Origin: a virus
DNA: 64,000 nt
IMG/VR virus record: IMGVR_UViG_3300007734_000761
Span: 64,001-128,000 of that record
Reading direction: 5' to 3' (one strand)
Part shown: in pieces, positions 18,424 to 27,165 of the stretch
Layout: each line of letters starts with the position of its first letter
Position numbering within the stretch: position 1 is the first letter of the stretch
Made by a program: the position numbers and the translations under genes
The notes under the pieces: generated by a model
Told to the model about the DNA's origin: nothing
Databases searched by the model: none
The model's input: only the letters and a program-made list of their open reading frames with translations

Positions 18424-18456
18424 AATATAAAAAAAGGCTTGGTAAAAACCAAGCCT
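18424..18456 (-). terminator. Intrinsic terminator overlapping a class A promoter (TTGGTT-N17-TATATT)
   Basis: Minus strand AGGCTTGGT-TTTT-ACCAAGCCT then T-run; same core as 8446-8478. Confidence 0.7.
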
Positions 18457-18461
18457 CTCTA

Positions 18462-20195
18462 TTATTCTATAATTCCTGCTAATTTTTGTAAGCGCTGAAT
18501 TTCTTCTTTTGTTATAGTGTATGTTATATTTCCTACATTAGGACTAGTAGTACTTACACTAGGAGAAAGTGACTTACTTGGATTTACTTTTGGGTCTAAC
18601 ACATCTTTAGGATCATCAATAGGAGGATGAGCCATTTTTTCTTGTGAAGACTTATCTTTATTTTGTTTTTCCCATTCAATAAATGTTTTTTGCCATCTGT
18701 TTCTTGCTTTAAAGAAAGCTGATTTAATAGCATTTTTATTTTTCTTAAAGTCTTCTGGGAGTAAAGGAACTATTACTCTTACTAACAATTCAGTCCACTC
18801 TTTTTCATTATTTACTTTTAATAAAGCTTGTTTTAATGAACTATTTTGATTAATAATTTTCATTAAAAGAGCAATATCGTTTGGAATATTTACTTCTTTA
18901 ATTAAATTAGAAGTTCTAGTTAATCCTCTATTAATGTTAGATCCTCCACTAGACACTTGGAATTCAGGATTTACAGTTCCTACTAAAGCTAAAAGTAAAG
19001 CTTCTAATTCAGTTTCATTATCTATGTTTCCTATTATGTTTTTTAAACTAGTGTCTGTTTTAACTCTATCAGCTACAGATTGTATATCGGGATTATCTGC
19101 TTTTTCTCTTCCAGGTTCAGTGCCTGTAGAAGATGGAGTATCTCCTCCTGGCATTTTAGGCAATCCCATGTCTTTTACATAAGTTTGCCAAACTGCTGTT
19201 GCTTTTTCAGGAGTACCAGGTACTACTTTAGTTTTTACTACAGTTCCTTGATCAACATCACCTGTTTTATTTGGTTTACCTACTTCTTTAGCAGTGTCAG
19301 AGGTAATTTTTACAGTGTGGGTACCTTTTTCAGTTTTAATTTTTACTAAGTCACCTTCTTCTGTTACTTTATATCCTCTTGATTCTGCTTCTTTTTTAAT
19401 GTCTTCTTTAGCTACTGCTTTAAAACTATTTGCTCTAGCGTCATCTAATTTTTTACCATCTACTGCTTTATTTTCATTATCTGGATCAGAGGGTTGATGG
19501 CTATAAGTAGAAGTTGCATTTACTTCTACGTCATTTCCATCATCGACAACGTCTACAACATTATCAGCAAATTGTTTTGTGTCTTGTCTTTCTTGACCCT
19601 TAATAGCATATCCTGATGTTTTATATGAAATATGCATAGCCTCTTCTCCATCTCCAGGATCATCTAATGAAGGATTTAGGTTTGTTGCTTTTTGTATATT
19701 ACCAGCATCATTAAAATCAGCAGTATTTAATTTATCTAATTTATTTTGAGCTTGTTGGACTTGTGTTGTATTTTGTTTAATATTATTATCATTTTTAAAA
19801 GCAGTAACAATAGGTCCATATAATGAATTAGCGGCAATTATTAAAGCCAAAGCACCAGTTACAATTCTTTTCCAAAGAGGTGTTTTTACTAATTTATTGT
19901 TTGGTGCTAAATTAGCTACTTTATCATCAAATTGATCTTTAGTTAAATTTAAATCAGCTGGGGTGAGTTTTTGAGCTACCTTACCAGCAGCATTTTTTTC
20001 TTGGTCAGATAAAGTGTTCCAATAATCTGCTGCTTCTTCTCCTGTGTCTTCTTCAGCTTCATTTAATTGAAATAAAATTTCTTTTAAAGTTAAATGAGAT
20101 TTTTGCTCTAGAAAAATTTCGAATTTATGTTTATCAGGTGCTAATCCTGCTAAAACTTGCATTCTCTGCGTTTCATTATTTGGTAAAGTACTCAT
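18462..20195 (-). CDS. Putative internal head / ejected protein with scaffold-like RMQxLAGI motifs and one TM segment
   Basis: N-terminal QRMQVLAGL and C-terminal QRLQKLAGII resemble the scaffold C-terminus; late-type motif at 20206-20214. Confidence 0.5.
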   Translation of the reverse strand: MSTLPNNETQRMQVLAGLAPDKHKFEIFLEQKSHLTLKEILFQLNEAEEDTGEEAADYWNTLSDQEKNAAGKVAQKLTPADLNLTKDQFDDKVANLAPNNKLVKTPLWKRIVTGALALIIAANSLYGPIVTAFKNDNNIKQNTTQVQQAQNKLDKLNTADFNDAGNIQKATNLNPSLDDPGDGEEAMHISYKTSGYAIKGQERQDTKQFADNVVDVVDDGNDVEVNATSTYSHQPSDPDNENKAVDGKKLDDARANSFKAVAKEDIKKEAESRGYKVTEEGDLVKIKTEKGTHTVKITSDTAKEVGKPNKTGDVDQGTVVKTKVVPGTPEKATAVWQTYVKDMGLPKMPGGDTPSSTGTEPGREKADNPDIQSVADRVKTDTSLKNIIGNIDNETELEALLLALVGTVNPEFQVSSGGSNINRGLTRTSNLIKEVNIPNDIALLMKIINQNSSLKQALLKVNNEKEWTELLVRVIVPLLPEDFKKNKNAIKSAFFKARNRWQKTFIEWEKQNKDKSSQEKMAHPPIDDPKDVLDPKVNPSKSLSPSVSTTSPNVGNITYTITKEEIQRLQKLAGIIE

Positions 20196-20213
20196 AATAA
20201 TATAATATAAATA

Positions 20214-20825
20214 TTACGGTCTATAATAAAGAATTAAATCAACTAAATAATTCTCAATACCTGGTATTAACTTTTTAGCTTCATTAATACTTCTTAAATT
20301 AGAATCTATAACTCCACCTTGCATTAATATACCATTTTCCTTTACATCATATAAAGGTCCACTAATTTTCCAAAGCACTTCAGCAAAATTAAAATACTTT
20401 GAGAAATTACTATTAAAATAATTATAAAATGTAGATTTATTAGTTTCTACAATATAAAGCTTACTGCTTAACTTATAGTCTAAAATGTACCTAGTGTAAT
20501 ATGTTTGAACATATTCTTCACTAGTAGGAGGTAAACTATCGTTAGTAGGAATACTTAACCCAATAGAACTTTGAGGATTTGTATTTAAATTATTATAAGA
20601 CGATGCTAATGTACTAATTCCTAAATCTGCTGGAACTGGGTTTGATTTATTAAAAGCTGGATTTAATTTTTGTGAATCATTAGTATGAGTTTTACCGGTG
20701 TATGCGTTTCCATATTTGTCTTTATGATAATACCCTACATAAAATGCCTGATTTGTAGCATAATAATACTCATTTCCATAAGTATAAAAAGTTTCTGGTA
20801 ATATGACACTAGGTGGTAAATACAT
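20214..20825 (-). CDS. Putative baseplate-associated protein
   Basis: Tyr-rich 203 aa (YVGYYH...YTGK, WKISGP); last gene of the baseplate block. Confidence 0.45.
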   Translation of the reverse strand: MYLPPSVILPETFYTYGNEYYYATNQAFYVGYYHKDKYGNAYTGKTHTNDSQKLNPAFNKSNPVPADLGISTLASSYNNLNTNPQSSIGLSIPTNDSLPPTSEEYVQTYYTRYILDYKLSSKLYIVETNKSTFYNYFNSNFSKYFNFAEVLWKISGPLYDVKENGILMQGGVIDSNLRSINEAKKLIPGIENYLVDLILYYRP

Positions 20826-20831
20826 TTTATA

Positions 20832-23800
20832 TTATTTTCTGCGTTCTCCTCTTTCGTTATATAAAGTTTGATATTGTTTTTCAGTAACAGAATTTAATGG
20901 GTATGTTACATTCTTTTTAATAGCAAATGTGGTAACTGATGGTAAGTTCCCTACTTTTAATGTAGCTTGTCTAGTCCAAGGAATAGTACCTGCTAATGTT
21001 TGACCTATATTAAATCCGTTTTTCCACCAAGTATTACCTGCGGTTCCTTGTGTATTTTGAAACTCAGATCCAGCTCCTCCGGCAATAGCATCAACTATAT
21101 TAAAAGTAAAAGGCCCAACAACATTATCATCAATAGCATATGGATGTCCTAATGAAGTAGATTTACCATACATTGTTAAACCATTAAGAGGTATTAAATC
21201 ACTTAAACGAGTGTTAGCACTATTTTCAATAGGAATAGGATAATTCCATGCTATTTGTGCTTGATTCATTGAAGTTTTAGTTTTAATAAAACGATCTAAT
21301 CTTGATTTCAAAATAGGTAAATTAAATCCATTTGTAAGATCTTCTTGAGGATATATTCTAGTGTCGTTAGGTGAAACTGTATTTTCTGTAATTGTGATGT
21401 TTACTACAGGTATTGTCGAATTTATAACTGTATTTACTCTATCTTTTGATGGAGTATACAACAACACATCAAAATTTAAATTACCATTATCACCAGCATA
21501 AATAGATCTATCACTATTATTAGGCACAAAAACATCATAAGATGATAATAATTCTGCTTGAATACTATTTAAAAGATCTTCAAATTCTTGAGTATAACTT
21601 TGTTCTCCAACAGAAGAAACATTGCCTGCTAATTGGTCTAATAAATTTCCTAATGTTTGGTTATTAGCAATGACAGTGTTACTTCTAAGTGGGTATTCAC
21701 TTTTAAAAACTTGAACCCAATCTCTTACAAAATCTTTAAATTTATTTATTCCATATTTTGAATTTGCATTAGAAGAATCATAATCTAAAAAGAATTTTAC
21801 ATTATTAGTCCAATATTCTTGTACTGAGGTTTGATTATAATTTAAAAGAGTATTTTCTATTACTTCATTGAAAGTTCTCAATGGTTTATCAAATGTTAAG
21901 TTTCTTACAACTAAACTAGAAAAATTAGGATCTTCATATCTAGAGTAAGCATATCCAATAATAGCTCTTGTTGCTTGATATACTAAGAAATCTTGAAGTA
22001 TTGGGTAAATTAAAGCTTTTGCTTGTAAAGCAGCTACGTACTTACCAAATCCTTCTCTTTTTATATCAATAAAATCTTGGAATTCTTTTCTATCTTGGTC
22101 TAAAATACAAATTTGAGTTTCTAACTCAGTTTCCCAATCGTTTTTAGTAAGTCTATGATTAATTTGAGTAATTACAAATCCTAATTGTTTATCATAATAG
22201 TTTTTAGGTAATACATTTTGTTTTACTGTAAAAATTTGTCCTACTACAATTCCTCCAATTCCGTCTAATGTTATTCTTAATTTAAAAGGAATTAAAGCTT
22301 TAAAATTTAATTCACTATTATAACGCAACATAGATTGTTTTAAAATACTACTTGGATTTGCTTGACCTGTTGTATCTATTTTAATTTTATATTCATTACT
22401 ACTCCTTCCAGGAATTAGAGTACCAATTAAATAATCTCTAGCATAAAGCATAAAATTATATAACTTTTGATAAAAAACATCTTCTGGTTTTCCTTGGGGA
22501 TTATCAAATTCTTCTCCTTGCCATTTATTTAAAGCTATTCTGTCTTCTAAACCAGCATTTAAATAAACTTGACTTGAATTATACACATCTGCTAAGTTAG
22601 CTCTACTTTGAGCAGCTATAGCTACAATAGTACTTTGGTTTTCAAATATTTGACTTTGAATACTTACGTTTCTACAAATACTTCCTAAACCTAATAAATC
22701 AAATTGGTATTTTTGATCAGATTTACTATCAGGTCCATTTTCTAAGTAATAATAATCTACTACCTTCATAGTACCTTGAGTTTTACCTACAGTACTTAAT
22801 CCAAAGTTATTTAAACCTCCTAAACTATTTGATATTTTATTTAAAACGTTTTTTATGTAATCTAACATGATAACTCCTTCATCATTTGAAGAATTTTTCA
22901 TGTCTTTGTATGTTTGTAACAACATACTAATATTAACAAAAATATTTTTAATTTTTCCCGCTTTTAAAGTTTCGTCATAAAATTGGTATGTAGTAGGACC
23001 TATAATATATTTATCTCCATTTTCAAATTGATACATAGGAGGATTAATTCCGTTTACACGAGGATCAAAATCTCCTTCATATCCAATAAAAGACATTTCT
23101 ACTTTAAAGGCACCATTATTTTTAACTTGACAAATTCCGGGATTTACAGAAACTGTGTCTTTACAAGCTAAACATAAATCATTGTCTCCAGGTAATTGGA
23201 ATTTTACTAAAGGTACAGGGACAGTAGAACTTTTTTTACTGTCTGACTTTACATTGAAATAAGACATTACAATAGCTAACCAAACGTCTAAAGTTAAATA
23301 TTCATAGTATCTTCCAGTTTCTGAAGGTTCTTGGAATTCTACTTCTTGTACTTGTGGAGCTCCATCTATTTGATTAGCCTGATTTGGGTAATAAGTTTTA
23401 ACAGTTTGTTTAATAGTATCTTTTGAAACATAATTAGCATTATAGTCCCAATTTCCTCTATATTCATTTTCACCTAAAGCAGTACCTCCATCATAAGATT
23501 TACTATCTACTTCAGCTTTTAAACTTAACAAAACGTTTTCATAATCATCATATACATAAGTAGAAGGAGCCGTAGCATCAGCCAATATCGTACCTACCTT
23601 ATTATTTACATTTGATGACATTTTAATAGTATTAATAGCTTCACCCATTGAAATTAATGTAGTGGTACATTCATAACCACCATTAGTCATCATAGTCCAG
23701 TTAAAGTTTTTTACGTAACCTAACATCCCATCGTAATTATGACGATATTTCTTACGTAAAGCTTCTAACTTATCATACACATCTTGTTGACTTAAGTTTT

Positions 23801-24500
23801 CAAAAGGATTTATTGTGGTACCATTAAAAATAGTAGGATATATATCATCTTTAGTTAAATTACTACTTTTTCTTTTAGATGGAGTAAAGTTTTGAACAAA
23901 ATTATCATTATAGTCTATATATTGAGACCAACCCCATTCCAAAAGAACTGAGTATCCAGGTCTCATAAATAAAATTTCTAATTCATTTAATTGATTTGTG
24001 TCCCAAGCATAGAATTTTATTGTTGTTTCAAATAAACTACCATAAGCTCCTAAAGTTCTTAAGTTTACTTCAGTAATACCAGGCATTGGTCTAATACCAA
24101 ATGTTCTAAAATAGTCAGGATCAGGAGTATTATCTGCTCTTACGTCAATATTTCCTCCATATGCTGCTTGAGGGGTACCTACTCCATATCTTAAAATACC
24201 ATCTAAACCAGTTCCATTAGTTTTAGTATATAAAGTTCCTCCTTCTAAAATGTATTTTTTACTAAGTTGTTCATTAGTGTAATGATTATCAGGAACTACA
24301 CTTAATTTTCCTTTTCCATCAGTAGCAAGTTTATTTCCTGATGTGTAATTAACAAAACTAGTCATTCTTACCCAACTATTTTTACTTAAATACCAAGGTA
24401 ATAATTCATTTCTTCTGTTATTTTTACCACTTACAACTAAAGTTCTAGCTTGTAATTGGGTTTGTATAGAGTCTTCGAGAGTTTCTTTAAAAATTGACAT
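20832..24500 (-). CDS. Large baseplate hub-like protein
   Basis: 1222 aa; RPMPGIT, FMRPGYSVLLEWGW, NYDGMLG.V.NF.W, LDGIGG; follows the LysM/gp53-like gene. Confidence 0.5.
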   Translation of the reverse strand: MSIFKETLEDSIQTQLQARTLVVSGKNNRRNELLPWYLSKNSWVRMTSFVNYTSGNKLATDGKGKLSVVPDNHYTNEQLSKKYILEGGTLYTKTNGTGLDGILRYGVGTPQAAYGGNIDVRADNTPDPDYFRTFGIRPMPGITEVNLRTLGAYGSLFETTIKFYAWDTNQLNELEILFMRPGYSVLLEWGWSQYIDYNDNFVQNFTPSKRKSSNLTKDDIYPTIFNGTTINPFENLSQQDVYDKLEALRKKYRHNYDGMLGYVKNFNWTMMTNGGYECTTTLISMGEAINTIKMSSNVNNKVGTILADATAPSTYVYDDYENVLLSLKAEVDSKSYDGGTALGENEYRGNWDYNANYVSKDTIKQTVKTYYPNQANQIDGAPQVQEVEFQEPSETGRYYEYLTLDVWLAIVMSYFNVKSDSKKSSTVPVPLVKFQLPGDNDLCLACKDTVSVNPGICQVKNNGAFKVEMSFIGYEGDFDPRVNGINPPMYQFENGDKYIIGPTTYQFYDETLKAGKIKNIFVNISMLLQTYKDMKNSSNDEGVIMLDYIKNVLNKISNSLGGLNNFGLSTVGKTQGTMKVVDYYYLENGPDSKSDQKYQFDLLGLGSICRNVSIQSQIFENQSTIVAIAAQSRANLADVYNSSQVYLNAGLEDRIALNKWQGEEFDNPQGKPEDVFYQKLYNFMLYARDYLIGTLIPGRSSNEYKIKIDTTGQANPSSILKQSMLRYNSELNFKALIPFKLRITLDGIGGIVVGQIFTVKQNVLPKNYYDKQLGFVITQINHRLTKNDWETELETQICILDQDRKEFQDFIDIKREGFGKYVAALQAKALIYPILQDFLVYQATRAIIGYAYSRYEDPNFSSLVVRNLTFDKPLRTFNEVIENTLLNYNQTSVQEYWTNNVKFFLDYDSSNANSKYGINKFKDFVRDWVQVFKSEYPLRSNTVIANNQTLGNLLDQLAGNVSSVGEQSYTQEFEDLLNSIQAELLSSYDVFVPNNSDRSIYAGDNGNLNFDVLLYTPSKDRVNTVINSTIPVVNITITENTVSPNDTRIYPQEDLTNGFNLPILKSRLDRFIKTKTSMNQAQIAWNYPIPIENSANTRLSDLIPLNGLTMYGKSTSLGHPYAIDDNVVGPFTFNIVDAIAGGAGSEFQNTQGTAGNTWWKNGFNIGQTLAGTIPWTRQATLKVGNLPSVTTFAIKKNVTYPLNSVTEKQYQTLYNERGERRK

Positions 24501-24508
24501 AACATTTT

Positions 24509-24805
24509 TTAACTATTTAAAGCATTAAAATCATCTAAAATTCGAGCAAGGTTTTGAGGTATTCTTATTTGAACACCAATTGGAGGATATAAAGAATCCC
24601 TATTTAAATTATTGGCTTGTTGAAGTATCCAATATAAAGTTGGATCTCCATAAAATTGAGCTGCTAAATTATCTAATCTATCTCCCTGCATAGATATAAT
24701 ATAAAAATCCTCAATGGTAAAGTCAATAGGAGGATACTTAGTAGAACCAAAATATCTTGGCCCACTAGTTTCTTTTCTTATTAATGTTGAAGGATATCTA
24801 TTCAT
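24509..24805 (-). CDS. LysM-like baseplate wedge protein (gp53/tail X-like)
   Basis: GDRLDNLAAQFYGDPTLYWILQQAN...GVQIRIP. Confidence 0.75.
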   Translation of the reverse strand: MNRYPSTLIRKETSGPRYFGSTKYPPIDFTIEDFYIISMQGDRLDNLAAQFYGDPTLYWILQQANNLNRDSLYPPIGVQIRIPQNLARILDDFNALNS

Positions 24806-26805
24806 TAGTTTTGTACTATATTTCTAGGTTCAACTGTTATCATTGTAGAAGTTTGAACTTTATTTAAGAATGGTATAAATGGAGATTGGAGAGAGTTTTG
24901 TTGAGTTGGTGGGAATTGAACAGGTCCTATAGCTGGGTCGCCAACCGTTTGAACTCCTCCAGGTGAGTTGGTAATAACACTTTCTTGAGGTAAATAATAA
25001 TTAGGATGACCTATTTTAAAATTAGGAGTAACAAACGTAGCAGTATGTTCTTTATCTCTTTTATTTTTACGAGGTAAGAAATTATGAATAGGATTAAATA
25101 CCATACTAATTTTCATGTATGTTGGAATCTCATGTTGATAAGAATCTTTACCAGTAGTAACATTTGTTCCAGATCTTCCTGAATTTCTGAATTCAGGTTC
25201 ACTCAATTGAATTTCCCAAGGAGCAGCTCCATCACCCACTAAGTTAGTAATGTTCATACTTGTAAATACTCCAGGTTGTTGATAAATGTAATCTCCAATA
25301 GTTAAGTAAGCATAATTACCTCTCATTTGGTTTCTATCATTATAATCAGGAGCAAAACTAGACATTAAATAGTTTAATTTAGTGTAAATAGCAGGCATTT
25401 CATATTTTGAATGTGCCATTAATATAAAACTAAAATTTACAGTTCTTGCATAGTTTTCATAAGCATAAAACGGCTCACCTCTACCCATATAATTAAATGT
25501 CTTCCAGTTAGTTTTAAAATCGTCTGTAAGACTATCTAAATAAGCTCTGAATGCTAATACATCTGTATTTATAGTACTAGCAAATACAGGAAGGTCATTA
25601 TTTAATAATTCAATTCTAAATTTAACAATATCTCTACCATAATTTCCACCTGTTTTACTTTGTACTTCTTCTGGGGTATATAATCCACTATAAATTAAAT
25701 TACTATCTACTCCGTTTGTAGGATTTGTTGCAGGATTTGAGTTGCCATAAAATACTGATCTAGGAGTAATAGTTAAAACGTTTATTGAATCTACAGGAAA
25801 GCTAGGACCTACTGTATTTTTTGGATCAGCAGGTGTAGTCATTCCTATTCTTTGGTGAAGATTAAATCTTTGATAATCTTCAGCATTAGGATTTTCGTAT
25901 TGTTTTCTAAAATCTAAAGGATATCTAGCTTGATTTTTAATGTTAGAAGTAGCAGTACCTAAATTTGGGCTACTAACATTAAAATCTGCTACAGCTGGTG
26001 TAATTAAAGGATTTTTACTTTCAACACTTCCATAACTAGTAATTGTTTGATAATTCCAAGGTCTAAATCCTAAATTTTGTGCTGTTTCTGCTGGGTTATT
26101 TCCAAAAGGACTTTTATTAGTTACACCAGTGTTTAATCCAAAACTATCACTGTATGTTTCGTTTCTAGTTTTTCCTAAACCATAAAATGAATTTGGACCT
26201 CCATTATATTGAAATAAAGATATAGAACTATATGAATTTTCACCAGTTAAAGTTCCATAGTATTTATCTAGTCTACTTAAAAAATTACCACCATTACTAG
26301 TATTTAAACTAATATATCCTGTGTCATTTGTAGGACTTAAACCATGGCGAGTAAAATGTAAACCTAATGCGTTACCTGCTACTGATGCTAAAGTATTTGT
26401 TCCTATAGGATTGTAAATTCTAGGGCCGTTTAATTGAAACTGTTTAGGATCATAAGCTGTATCGGGATTTGATAATTGTAATCCAGATTGTTTAGCTAAC
26501 CATAATGGTCCATTAGGAATATCAGTAAAAAATGCTCCTATTCTAGCTGTGTCTCTAACAATTGCTAAACCAGTATTGTAAACTCCTGAAGGATCACCTT
26601 CTCTAAATTTAAGGTCATCAGGAAATCCACCTTCATATCCTAATCTTATGTAAGGAGACTTTGAGTTTAATTTTTTATTTGTGCCAGGATAAACAGGAAT
26701 TGATGTTTGATTAAAAGGAGACACATTAGTTCCACCACCAAAATAGGTGTATTCAACTTGACCCGTTTGTTGGGCCTTTTCAAATATCTCCTTTAAACTA
26801 GCCAT
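24805..26805 (-). CDS. Putative baseplate / tube-initiator protein
   Basis: C-terminal FRAYLDSLTD..W...YMGRGEPFYAY..YARTVNFSF tube-like domain; lies between tape measure and LysM genes. Confidence 0.5.
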   Translation of the reverse strand: MASLKEIFEKAQQTGQVEYTYFGGGTNVSPFNQTSIPVYPGTNKKLNSKSPYIRLGYEGGFPDDLKFREGDPSGVYNTGLAIVRDTARIGAFFTDIPNGPLWLAKQSGLQLSNPDTAYDPKQFQLNGPRIYNPIGTNTLASVAGNALGLHFTRHGLSPTNDTGYISLNTSNGGNFLSRLDKYYGTLTGENSYSSISLFQYNGGPNSFYGLGKTRNETYSDSFGLNTGVTNKSPFGNNPAETAQNLGFRPWNYQTITSYGSVESKNPLITPAVADFNVSSPNLGTATSNIKNQARYPLDFRKQYENPNAEDYQRFNLHQRIGMTTPADPKNTVGPSFPVDSINVLTITPRSVFYGNSNPATNPTNGVDSNLIYSGLYTPEEVQSKTGGNYGRDIVKFRIELLNNDLPVFASTINTDVLAFRAYLDSLTDDFKTNWKTFNYMGRGEPFYAYENYARTVNFSFILMAHSKYEMPAIYTKLNYLMSSFAPDYNDRNQMRGNYAYLTIGDYIYQQPGVFTSMNITNLVGDGAAPWEIQLSEPEFRNSGRSGTNVTTGKDSYQHEIPTYMKISMVFNPIHNFLPRKNKRDKEHTATFVTPNFKIGHPNYYLPQESVITNSPGGVQTVGDPAIGPVQFPPTQQNSLQSPFIPFLNKVQTSTMITVEPRNIVQN

Positions 26806-27140
26806 TAATATCTTCCTTCAATCGGACCTTTACCTCCAGCATAGTTTCTTGAGTATGGACCCCAAGGAGCTATACGACCCTCATATCCAGGTTGAAAACT
26901 TACTGGAGGGTTAGAAGCAGGTTTGAAGTAAGGATAAAATGGAATTTGAGTAGATAAACGACCAGTAAGTAAGTCTTGTGATGCTAATAAAGTATTTGTT
27001 GGAGGTACTCCTACAAATGCTTGTATTCTTGATGTCATCATTTGACCCTCATTTTCAAACTCTGGTCCTTTGTTACCAGCTAATCCATAAACACTAGTTG
27101 TAATTGGATCTAATAATCTGTCTTTTAATGCAATTGCCAT
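26805..27140 (-). CDS. Hypothetical virion protein
   Basis: 111 aa in the tail block, late-type motif at 27154-27162. Confidence 0.55.
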   Translation of the reverse strand: MAIALKDRLLDPITTSVYGLAGNKGPEFENEGQMMTSRIQAFVGVPPTNTLLASQDLLTGRLSTQIPFYPYFKPASNPPVSFQPGYEGRIAPWGPYSRNYAGGKGPIEGRY

Positions 27141-27165
27141 GGTTTTATTTTGGTATAAATATTAA

